Below are positions 27,401 through 39,400 of a DNA stretch of 64,000 bases, one piece after another. Both the position numbers and the translations under genes were made by a program. The stretch spans positions 27,652,001 to 27,716,000 of the forward strand of contig NC_087451.1 of NCBI RefSeq assembly GCF_036321535.1, written 5' to 3'. Below the pieces are notes generated by a model that was not told where the DNA came from, searched no databases, and worked only from the letters and a program-made list of their open reading frames with translations. The stretch is from Camelus dromedarius. Its lineage: Eukaryota. The first letter of the stretch is position 1, and each line of letters opens with the position of its first letter.

Positions 27401-30400
27401 GCGAGGGTCTTACAGAGAAGAGGACACCCAGAAAACCAGACAGACTGGGATGGGTCAGACTGTCTGCTGGGCTGACACCCGCAAAGGGCCCAGAGGGCGC
27501 TTGGGAGGGACAGGGGCACCCTCTGCGGGGGGCGTCCAGAGGCCCAGGGCCGCTGATAGGTGGGGACCTGGTGACTGATGCCTCAGAGGAGCCCCGCCGC
27601 ACCAGGAAGACCCTTCAAGGGAGACCGCGGGGAGGGAGCTGTGACGCACTGCCCGCCCTCTGCCCTACGGAGGTCAGTGTGGCTCCAGGCATGGCCAGGG
27701 CCAGGCCCGGGGGGGACAGCCAGAGGACGTGCTCCAGCGGGGACCCACTTGGGCACATGGGGTCCCCTCATGTCAGAAGCGGCCTCCCTGCCGCTGCGGT
27801 TTCATCTTCTTGACGGTAATTTTCCAGGACATGATGACACACGGAGAAAAAATGTGAAAAATATGCGGAGGTGACCTCAACGCCAGATCTTCCAGCTGCC
27901 TCGTGAGGGCGCTTGTCTCCCTCCCGCCGGCCCACAGGCCTCCCTCTCAGCCCAGACTCTCCTCTGACAATGGTTTTTGGTAACAGGGAACATAAAGCCT
28001 CTTCCCTTGAGGCTTGGAGCTTAAATGAATCACTACTCCAGGGACGCGGGCCAAACCTCTGTCACTCCCAGAGCCAGCCGCCCTCTGGAAGGAGCGCCGA
28101 GCCAGCACGAGGCTGACTGACCGGACAGCCCTGCACCCTGAACCCGAGCGCCTGGCCCGCCCGCCCGCCCGCCCTGGGCTGGTGTCCACCCCCGGGCCCG
28201 CCCCTCCTCGAGCAGAAGAAACGAGGGGAGAGCTTTCCGGACCTGGAAAGGCTGGGCCAGGGTGGCACGCGGGTACCGTCTGAAGCGGGGCTGCTCCCAG
28301 GCACCTGGTGTGGCCAGGTGCACGTGTCCGGGCACAAGGTCCACAAACCCCCAAAGGACTGAAGAAGCAGGCGCGGGGCACGGTGGGGGAGGCTCTCCTC
28401 ACCCGCACGCCTGGCAGCTGCCCCCAGGGAGCCCAGGGAAGCTGGGCACTCAGGTCCGTGAGCCGCAGGGGGTGGATGCACACAGTGGACCAAAGGGCCA
28501 GGAGCAATCCCAACAGGGAGCCCTGTGCGCTGATCTGGACCGGGTAATGCAAACCGGGGGGTCCCGGGTGCCCACGCACCCACCGTCCACTATGGCTCGC
28601 AGGCTCGACACCCATCTCTCCCCGAGTCATCGTGACTGAGACCCGGCAGGACAGAGACAGCTGGAGGGGAACCTGCCTGTCACCGGGCTTCAAAAACTGC
28701 CTCAAGACTTGGCCGGGACCTTCAAAGCCAAGGACCTGTCTGCCAGCAAACCTCGGCGGGCATTCCAGTTGAGGCCAACACTGTTCTTCTCAGGACAGTT
28801 GGGCCCTTGGGCCGCCACCGGCGCCTGGGGGGCATCCACCCACAGGGCAGGGCCAGGCCCGCACCATGACCTGGGGCCACACATGGGGGACAGCGGGGTG
28901 CTCTTGAAAGGCACATCACAGACAGGCACCCCAGGCTCTAGCCAGGCTCCTCCCAGCCCTGTGTTCTAAACCTGCCCGTAAGTAAAGCAGGGAGCAGGAG
29001 GCAAGGCTGACACCTGCCTGAGGCGGGGTGCAAAGTGCCGGGCGAGACCCTGGGGCCGCGTCTCCAGCGGACGAGACCACCCCCTGGAAGGTGAGGGGCA
29101 GTCGGGGGGGGGGGGTGACCGCTGTCAGCGCCCGCCCTGCCCAGGGGGTCGGGGCCTTTGATCACAGACCCCTGTGCCAGCTGCGTGGGGGGACGCCTGC
29201 TGGGATCACACCGGCAGCACAAAGGGCTGCGGGGTGGCCTCCGGGGCCAGCAGGAGGACTTCAAAGGACAGGCCAGGGGCCGCTGGGCAGCCCAGCCTCT
29301 CCCCGCACCCGGCTCTGACGGCCAGTAAAACTACCTTCTAATAATTAACGTTCTGAGATCAAAGGCGGTAGCCGCCCGGGTCTGTAAACCATCCCGGGCC
29401 TCAACCGAGGACCTGCCTGCATTTTATCCTGTCTCTTCAGACTCTCTATTCAAATCCAAAACCACACACAGGCAAAACACTAATGGGGAACTTGGAAACT
29501 CTTTTTGATTACCAAAGTGTACCTTTGAAGTTCCCCCAAAAGTTCTGTTTTGTTCCCTTCTCCCCTCCCCCAGGACTTAAGGGGACACAAAGCAGACACC
29601 ATGTGGCTGGCCGGGCCCCCGGGTGTGCGGCTGTCAGTGACAGGAGGCGTGAGGCAGGCGGGCGGGGGACACTCCACAATCAACCAGCTGCTGGGGCTCC
29701 CAGATCAAAGACACGCACTGCTGGCGGCCAGGCGGACTGTCCCCAGGACCCCTCCTTCTTGGAGCCCCTGGGGTCAGTGCTCGGGGAGGCACTGGGACCC
29801 TGCCCCTGGACAGTAACCACGTCCCGGGCCAGCACCAGCCCCCCAGACACCAGCAGGTTCCCAAGAGACACAGAGACCTGCAGCCTTCAGGGTGGGAGAA
29901 AGTGACAGCCAGCCCTGGCACCAGATTTCTGGCCCCCAAACCCTGGGGCCTCCAGAGAGAGCAGGTCCGGTGGGAGTCAGGCCCCAACCACAAGTGTTCG
30001 CTTCTGATGGCTGATCTCAGGGTCCAGGCTGTGAGACAGGGGACTTCATGCTGTTTCTAATGGGGTCCAAACACCAGCGTAGAAGCTACTGGGTCCCCAG
30101 AGGGCCAGAGCACTACCACTGCCACCTCCCCAGGATGCACGCCTGTCAGGGGGACTGCCTGGGTCCCCCACCCCTCCCCTGTCCATTCAGCAAGAACACA
30201 CAAAGGGGGGCTCAGGGAACAGGAGTGGTCCCCGCGCCTGCCCCTTGGCAGGGGTCCAGGCTCTGTCCCACGGCCGAGCCCCCCCCTCAACTAGGCCCTG
30301 CAGGCACAGGTGCCCAACCCTCCCCCATCCCCAGGGGTGTGACCTGGAGGCAAGAGTGAGGAGGGGGCCCCAGAGGAGACAGGATGCAGGCGGCGAGCTC

Positions 30401-33400
30401 CAGAACTAAAACGTTAGTTAACCACAACCAGCAGTGTTGCTAACACCGTCACTGAAACGGGATGGATACCCGGAAGGCAAGGATGGCTTTATGGGGGTAA
30501 CTGACCCAGGACCTCACCACACAATCAAACTGAAGGAGGAAGAACACATGGGGTCATCTCGATGTGGAAAAAACAGCTCATAAAGCTTTATAGCCCGCTT
30601 ACGATAAAGAAAAATTCTCAGGACACTAAGAATAGGAACTCCTGACTTGATAAAGGCTTTTCCACAGCACACATCATCCTTCAGGCAAACTACTGCCTCC
30701 AACGTCACGGTCAAGGTCAAGCAGGGAAGCCCACTGAACTGGCTGCCAGTCAACAGACACCAGAGGCCCAGCCACTGCGACATGACAAGAAAACACTTGA
30801 GAGAAGGAGGAGCATCAAGACAAAAAACAAAACTGACATGATTTGCAGAGACTCCAAGTGAAGCCAAGCACTGCCGGAACCAGTGAAGCAACAAGCCCAC
30901 AGCCTTCCAGCCCCCAGCGCCTCCTCAGGGGCCGAGCCCAGGAGGTGGGCAGCCCAGAGCTGGGGAATCCACATACCTCTACTGGCAGCAGGGTCTGTGA
31001 GCACTGTGCAGTGAGCGGTCACATGGAGGGACCCCAGAAGGCAGTGGAAGCTCAGTCGTATGACTTGTGACAGCCCTACTGAAGAAGGTCCTGCACCAGC
31101 ATCCAGCTGGAAAACTGACCCCACAGGGGCTCAGGCCTGTCCCCTAGCTTAGATGCTCCGACAGGGCTGCAACTGGTCAGGGCAGCCTGACCCACCAGAC
31201 CGGCACCATCAGATGGAGGGGTGGAAGACACTGGTGCGATGCCAAGAGCCACCTGCAGAAGTGTCGCCCACCTGGGGGGGGGGCCCTTGCTCGAGGGGCC
31301 ACTCTCTGACCCGTCACTGCCTGCTCAGTGTGACCCAAATTGCAGGACGCCTTCCACCGCTCATGTCTGTTGGGGTCAGAGCAGTGGACAGGGGTGGGCA
31401 TCACTGTGGGGGAGGGGGTGGGACAGGGACGGCTGGAGCCCGAGGCACTCAAGGACAGACTCAGCATCGAAGACAACGTGCTGCTGGCAAAACCTGCCCA
31501 ACACTGCACTGGTGGTGGTGTCTACACAGTAAGTTACACCTCAACAGAGCTAACCACACAGGGAAGACGTCAAAGCGGCAGCCCAGGGCCCAGGCCAGTT
31601 CATCCCAGCTCAGGGAGAGCTGCAGCCCTCCTCCCAGCTGCGGCTCAGGGTGGCCAGGCACTCCCACGCCCCAGTCCCTGCCGGAGACGCCCAAGGCCCC
31701 ACCCACAACGCCTGTGAAGGGTGAGCAAACTCGCCCTCTCCCGCCTGTTCAGGGAGCGCCCCACACGCCCACGGGCTGGTGGCAGAGACAGCAGGGGAGC
31801 TGGGGGGATGCCCGGCTCAGGGGTAAGCGTGTGTGGGACAGTCAAGGCCAAACCTCCTTCACGTCAAAAGCCAGCCAAAACCAGCAGCCAGGCAGAAAGT
31901 GGCAGTGCCAGGAGGCGGGTTCTCCGGCTGTGACGTGGCTATGGGGACACACAGGTTTGCCAAAACCTACCCACCTGTATTTCTAAAACGATGACTCAAC
32001 GAAGCTGATCTCAGACCAAACAAAACCCCAAGAGCACTCCCTGGAGACAATGACAACGCGCCCAGCAACCCTGCTGTACCCCAGGCTGACCGGCCGGAGG
32101 TCAGGACACAGAGAAAGGACCCCGGCACCCAGCACGCCCTTACCGGCTCCGGCTCCGGCTCCGGCTCCGGCTGGGGCTCCTGGCCAGGCCTCGACTTCTT
32201 CGGCTTGGAGGGGCCCGCAGGGCTGGAGAAGGACTTTGGCAATTTGGCTGAAGATGACGTCAGAGGCCTCGCGGACCCGGAGGGGCCCCCCAGCCGCTGT
32301 CCTCCACCCGAGAAAGGAACAAAAGGGGCAGGCGAGGGCTCCTTCAGGATCTGCTCTGTCTGAGCGTCTGCGAGGCCGGCCCCCAGGCTGGCTGTCTCGT
32401 CCTGACGGCTCACATCGCCCCGGCTGAGCCCCGCTGAGTTCAAAGGAAGCCGAGGGCCGCTGGCGGCCGGCTCGGCCGCCGTGGATGGCATCAGGCTTCC
32501 CGGGCTTTTGCTCCAGGAGGGCCCAGGCTCCTGCTTGCCGGCAGAGTCACATCGCTTCATGGCAAACCTGCAGGGGGAGGCCCGGAGAGCAAGTGAAACT
32601 CCACACTCAGCCCCTGCCCCCGGACTCCGGCATTGTGCCCTCTGGTGACAGCCACACCGAATCCAGTCCCGTGGATGCTCGACTCCCCACGGCCCCATCC
32701 CGTCCACTGCTCCTGGGGACAGGAGCACATACGGGGCCCCCACGCAGCCCTGTCCACCCTGCAGCCAGCAGACTCCTGACCGGACACACCGCGCCCCACG
32801 GCGCCCAGCCTCCCAGGCTGCTGGCGGGAGAAGCCACTGGGCAGGGCAGCTGGGCGTTCCCATGTTTGCTGTTCCCTGTCCTCAGAGACCCCAGCTCTCT
32901 TTACCAAACCAGACTCAGACGCCCCCACCTGATGATGGCACTGCCCCCGGTGATGCCCAGCGACTGCAGTGTTGTGCTCTGCAGGGCAGCCCTGCCAGTC
33001 ACCTGTTGGGAGGGAAGGACATCCCGCTGACCCCTCCCTAAGCGCCCTCCACCTGCCAAGCCCACCACGCACCACCTGCCTCCACCCGGGCACTGTGTCA
33101 TGGGTACCACAGGGTCCCCCAAAGGCATGGGTCCAGCCCCTGCACCCTAATCTACACCCACGTGTTTGTCAGCTGGCCCGCATCGGTCCCCCCACCCCAC
33201 CCCATGTGAGGGCTTGGCAGGCAGAGCTCGGGCCAGGTGAGCCACATCTGGACCGCGCACCAGCCCTCTGAGGGCTGGGACTGACCACGATGGCCCCAAT
33301 CCAGGCCCAGATGCCGGAGGCACGGTGGTCTGTCTCCTCCGGCGGAGGGAGGGCTCGTGCCCCAGACGCCTCCCACTCACAGCCCTGAAACCCCTGTCCC

Positions 33401-36400
33401 TCTCAGCCCCCGGTCAGGAATCTCCAACTGGGATAAAGAAGTGGGCGTGTCTCGTCCACATCGCGGGGCCCTCGGGGATGGCGGCCACCCAGGGCCAGGA
33501 GAGGGCGCTTGGCCAGGGTCAAAACAAAAAGCCCCTGTGAGCCAGGGGACCAAGCGCCAGGAGGGTCCCCCGTCACGGGCGGGCAGGCGGGGACAGCAGG
33601 GCCTCAGTGCCCGGCCAAGCCTGCACCACGCCGCACTCCGTTTTGAAAAAGATCAAAACACAGAGCAAAGCAAATATTTATTAAAATGAAACCACTTTTG
33701 TAACTCCTGGGCTTTGAGAGAAGCTGAGAAAACAAACAGGGCTCTGAGGGAGGTTTGGGAGCAGCCCGGGCGGCCCGCGGTCGGTTCCAGTGGAGCCGGC
33801 GTCGTGCCTTTTTTCCATGAAACACATCACGCTTTCAGAGCCCAAGTCTCCCTGTCACTGCTTTGAAGGCAGGTCTGAGGGAGTGAATTTTCCAACTGGA
33901 AAGTGGGGCTGGGCCTGCGTGGAGACAGGGAGTGGGCGGCGGGGCGCGGGCCGGGCGAGCGGGCCGGCAGCTCACCTACCTCACCCCTCATGTACACGCA
34001 GACTGGGCTGGCCTCACACGGCTGCTCCAGACGCTCCCTGCAAGGACAGAAGAGAAAGCGCCACAGGTGGCTGCTGCCGGGGGGCACGGGGGCCTCCGGA
34101 CAGTACCCAGCCAGTCACCGTGGAAAACTGCCCACCCCGACTGCCCCCGTGGCTGGCCGTCAGCAAGTGGCCTGGGGGTGTCTCCCACCTGCCTCCAGGC
34201 CCAGAGCACAGGAAGGACACGGAGCAGGGGCACAAGCCTCGGGTCACTGTCAGCTGTGCTTGGGGTTGGCAGTGAAAACCTCCCAGGGACCCTGAGAAGC
34301 ACCAGTAGCACTTGGCACGAACCCACTATGTGGACTCTGAGGAGGGCTTGGGGGTGACACCGAGACAAATGGGGCAGCGGAGGGGTGGACACAGCCACCA
34401 ACGTCCTCCCTTGTAAACCAGAGCCTAAGATGGGAGGGAAGGGCACCGAGAAGGACAGGTGGACAGGCCTGAGGATGCGGGTGAGCGGGCACACAATGTC
34501 ACCCACACCCACGGGACAGCCATCCCCACCGCGCACCGACCTGCGCTGGCCCTCGAGGTTACAGGGCACCGCGTGGCCGAGCCCTGACTCAGGATGGTTA
34601 AATGCCTGGCAGCAGGCCTGTGACAACCAAGTAAAGTTGAGTCCTACATCTCCTGACACAGAACTACAGAACTGGCCCCCAGATTGACGCCCCAGGCCCC
34701 AGGGCTCACACGGACACACCCCGCCGGGACAGGGAGAAAGTGGCTGGCTGTGAACGCACACGGACGCTCCAAACACTGGTGACCGCACTCTCCGTGTGGG
34801 CTCAGCTCCTTTCGCCACCTCTCTCATTCACTTTCGGTTTTTGCTTCTGAGTGTTCCCCTGGGCGAGGACACACAGCCCAGAGCCTGCTGCAGGGGCCCC
34901 TGGAGGAGCTCGCTCTCCCCAAGCCTGTCCTTTACCAAGAAGCTGCTCCCCGGGGAAGGCTTCCGGCCCTCAACCAGGACAACGAGCAACGCAGTGCAGC
35001 CATGGTAGGTGTGGCCCTGCACACGCGGCAGGGCCATGTCGTGACCCAAAGGGCCGGGGAACTGGCCCACCAAGCCCCAGCAACCCCCAGCCTCAAGAAA
35101 ACACGAGACTCCGAGGCGCCAGGTAGACGACCCCAGCCGGGCCCACGCTCTTCGTCCTGAGGCCAAGACAGAGGCGGAGCGAGGGAGGTGCACTCCAGCA
35201 AACAGGGTTGCAGGGCCAGGAGGGGGAAGGAGGTGGGGAGGCGTGGGGGTCCCCTTTCTCCCAAGGGCGACAGAGACAAACACCTGGGCTCAGAAAGCGG
35301 GCCGACCACCCATCATGGGACAAGCGGGGTCCCCTCTGCTCTCAGGGTCTCCAGCCAGGAGTCCTCCCCAGAGATCCCTGCCCAGGGCACCCGATGGTGA
35401 CACGGGGACCACAGATCATAAACAGGGATAGTGCGCGGCAGCGCCCGGGAAGGCCTGCTTGCCTGCCGCCCTCAGAGGCCTTGGACATCAAACAGCCGCG
35501 GCTTTGATGTCGGCTCCTCCAGGGGGATCAGGTTCCCGAGTGTGGGATCTGAGGAGAGGCCTGTAAACACGCCGAGGGGAGGAGTGGCCGCGATCGCTTC
35601 CAGACCTTCCCGGCCGATTAGCAGCCTCTCCCATCCGCGCGCGAGAACAGGGACCTGGGCGTTCCAGGGAGTGAGGGAGGAGAGCCGCCCCTCCCCCAGC
35701 AGGTCTTGCTGAAGGTCCGCGGGTCTCCAAGGGAACTCAGCGGGGCTCCCGGGACCCCTGGACCCTGGACCTGCCCCCACACCCCCGCCTGGGCAGAGCC
35801 ACGGGGCGCCACTTGGCCTGGAAGACGGTGCCGGGGGGGGGGGGGACTGGTGGGGTCTCGTTCCCCCTAAGGCCAGCAAACCTGTGCCTGTGGCCCGGCC
35901 AGGGGCCGGGTGGGGCGGGGGCTGTGGTTGCTGTGTTCTTCACCCCTGCGGAGAGGCCACCTCATGGGCTTGGGCCGTGACCCGTGGGCTTGGCCATGAC
36001 ACCAGGCTGGGAGCAGAGGGCAATGGGCTTCGGGGAGAATCTAGCCTGGCGGTGGCACCTGGAGCCTTCCCTGCAAAGATGCCCAAGAAGCAGAGGTGAG
36101 ACTGGCCAGCCCACTCGAGGCCAGTGTTATCTACGGCGGGTACTGGCCCACGTGGGCCTGAAGCATGCCCAGAGCCGGCACAGGGGAGGCCGGCTCCAAG
36201 TGTGAGAGCTCCTACCAACAACAACATAGAACACCTCCTCCCCCGCTGACTGCGTGTACAGAGGGCGATACCTGGGACATGCCGGGTGGAGTTAACTGTA
36301 TTCCTGAAATTAACTGCACCTGCTTTCACTTTCCTTTGCTGTGGCTGCCAGAACACTCTGAATCACCTCTGTGTCCGCACATGTGGCCCACGTGGCCCGA

Positions 36401-39400
36401 ACACTGGACAATTAGTTGCTCCAGACGCTGGGGTCAGAGCCGGGCACCATCCACCCTGATCCCCAGGCAAAGGAGCCGCCGCCTGACCAAGAGTGGACCT
36501 GTGCTCACCCACTACGGCTCCCGGCCATGCCCGGCACACCAGCAGCTCTCGGACACTTGCCTCCTCCTGAAAGCTTCCCGTGAGAAAAACCAGCTTCCTG
36601 CCCATCCCACTGTGGGGACCCCAAGACTTGGGATTCCCAGAGCTGCCAGTCCCCGGGTGTCAGGGGGCCGCCCCACATTGGCAGGGCCCCGCAGTGGTGG
36701 GCGGCTGACTGCACTCCTGCTCGGCCGCAGCACAGCCTCACCAGCTCATCCGGTATCTGGCCACAACGTGGGGGCCGAAGACGCCACCCACCCTGGCTCA
36801 CCTGAACCCTACTTCAAACACCAGCTTCCAAGAAAAGGCCTGGATCCGTGCTCCTGGAGATGACGCCCAGGCAAGTCCTGGTCTGCGGTCCAGCAATGCC
36901 GCATCTAGAGTGGGGCGCAGACCTCCAGCCGCTCACCGAGTGACAGCAGAGAAATGACCAGCTGCCTGGCATCGGTGGGCATGCAGCACACATAACAGGA
37001 AACAAGGCCGCGGGAGTGTCCAGGAAGACAAGATGGAGTCACAGCAGAAGAGAGGGTGGAGGACACCCCCCCCACGTGATCACCCCCAGGGCCTACCTCC
37101 TCCTGTCGTCACCCTGTTCTTCTGCCACTGCCCCACCACCCCCAACCCGTTCTATTCCTTACATCTTAAGCCCAGCTTACCAAGTCAGCCAGTCCTGAGA
37201 GGCTCGTGTGAACCAGTGTTCCCAGCACCTTGGTGCCCTCCCCAGAGGCAGGCCCTCGACCGCCTGGCCGATGGCCTGAGAGCCAGGGGAACTTCGGCCA
37301 TCATGACAACAGGGTGACCCGGGCTCCCCTGTGCTGGCAGCTGAGGAACCACCGGCCTTGCTGCCCTGGGTCACTCCTCATTTTGGTGGGAACAGCCTGA
37401 GCAGAAGGCCCCAGAGGCACCTGTGTCCAATGTCTGCTGCCCCGAGGGGCCCCCTCCGCTCCCCGCGCCCCACGTCTGCTCCTCCCGGGTGGATCCGCCC
37501 ACCTGCCCTGCGACGGAGCAGTCCCAGCAGCTAACTTGGAGGGTACATGCGGTACACACACGACCTTCCGAGTCCAAAGATGGCTTTGTTCCACCCTCAC
37601 CCCTCAATAATCTGGCAAAACAGAGAATTCTAGAACAGGTCAATTTCCTGCAGCATGCTGAAGGCACCGCTCGGCCACCTTGCTGGTGGGGCCACAGGGA
37701 GCCTGAGGCCTGTGGAATCAGCCCTCAAGCTGAGCTCCAGAGGCGTCCCACTGATCCAGGCGCAGGAGGCCGTCACCCTGGAAACACACACCTTCAGTTC
37801 CGGGACTGTTTACCGTCTCCCGTTTCCTCTTGTGTCTCTCTGTTCTCTTTCCAGAGACGCAGCAGCAGGAGCCACGTCCTGGCCTTCCGGCTCCCCTTCC
37901 TCCGGCCTCCCTCCAAGTGGTGGGCCGCTTGGCTCTGCAGCTGCTCCCCAGGAGGCACCTCAGCCAAGACGGCAGGGACCCTGCGCCCCGGGTCCAAGTG
38001 TCTCATGGCCCCACATGCCCTCACGCGTCTGCCACCGCTGCAGATCAGCCAGGCCGGCTGACCCTTGGGCACACGAGCAGCCCCGCAGCGCCTCGTCACA
38101 GGTGGCCGGGGCTGACCACTGCACCTCCCACTGCGGCTCTCCTTTACGTCCCAAGCACCCTTTCTTGTCACTGAGCATTCCCTTTCCACGGCACCCAGCC
38201 GCAGTTCCAACAGCTTCTCCCTCCTGGGAGAACAGGACCAAACGCCACCACCCATCCCAACAGTGGCCGTCTCTTCCTGGCTGTCTGTGCTGGCCTCTCA
38301 CAGCAGTCGTCTTGCTCAGACATCTGGGCACACTTGGCTGTGGCTCTCGTTTACACCTGGGGCCCTGGCCGCAGTGCAGCTGCCTGTCATTTTCTGGGTG
38401 GGGACCTGGGGAGCCACCCAGGCCCACCATCGGGAGCTGCCGGTGTGCCGGGAGCCACATGGGGGGGGCTCAGGCTCACCTGACCCCCTGTTCTCGGGAC
38501 AGGGCTCACAGCCCCAGCCATGCAGGCACCCCCAGTCCAGAGAGCCTACCCTGCCCAGGGATCCACCTCTGGCACCAGCAGCACGGAGTGGGAGGGGATC
38601 CAGGACTCCATCTCATCGAGCACCTGCCCTGGCTCCCCACCACGTCCTGTGCCATCACTGCCTCAGCTCCGTGCCCACTCTGCCCGTCTTCCAGGCTGTA
38701 TCTCTGCACAGTCTCCTGAGGTCATTTTAGAAGCTTTCTGGGATGGAGAAGAATCACACGCTGGGTTCCAAGTGTTCCTCCCACTCCTCATTGCTGCCCC
38801 CAGGCCTTTGCACTTGCTGCCCCTTGACCCAGATGGCTCCTTCCCTGAGCCTGGTGCATCTGGCTCCTCCAAGACCTCCCCCCACCTCTCACGGCGTTTT
38901 GCCTTCTCTGTGAAATCTGACTGCTCTGTATACCTGCCTGTCACTTCTGGGAGACCAGCCCCTAGCTCCCTGCTTTAGACCCAGCCCGGCCCGTGCTGAA
39001 TAAGTGAAAGAATGAAGGAGAAACAGAGGCAGAGACCCCACTGTTTCAGCAGCACAACAGCTAAGAAGGCCAGTGCTGGCATCCCAGGCCCTGGGCTCCA
39101 AGGAGCCCCATTCTCCTCTGGGTCTCCATTCCCTCTGCTGAAAATAAGGGCACCAGCAGCCCAACCACCCAGCTAACGGCAGGTGCCGAGGACAGCACAG
39201 GGAGGTGGCGGCCTGTGTACTCATCTCAGTGGCACCAGGTGGGGTCACCTGAGTGGGGGCGGAGAGTTCTCTCAGGAGAGTGGCCGGGTAGGGCAGAGGC
39301 TGGCTGCAGGGTCGTAGGAGCAAGGAGGGACCCCTGGGTCTTATCACAGAAAGAACTGGGCAAGAGGGGACACCAGCACATAAGGTGGGCAGAGGAGCCC

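Noticed and set aside
29102-29115. Long G homopolymers (also near 35833) and a poly-A run (near 47592)
   Set aside because: Simple mononucleotide runs of uncertain assembled length, with no specific function supportable.
32255-32262. TGACGTCA palindrome in ASPSCR1 exon 7
   Set aside because: Explained by the coding sequence (Leu-Thr-Ser codons); no independent regulatory evidence.
37655-38719. 354-aa + strand ORF in ASPSCR1 intron 4
   Set aside because: Ser/Pro-rich with no homology I recognise and no promoter or poly(A) context; compatible with chance at about 65% GC.
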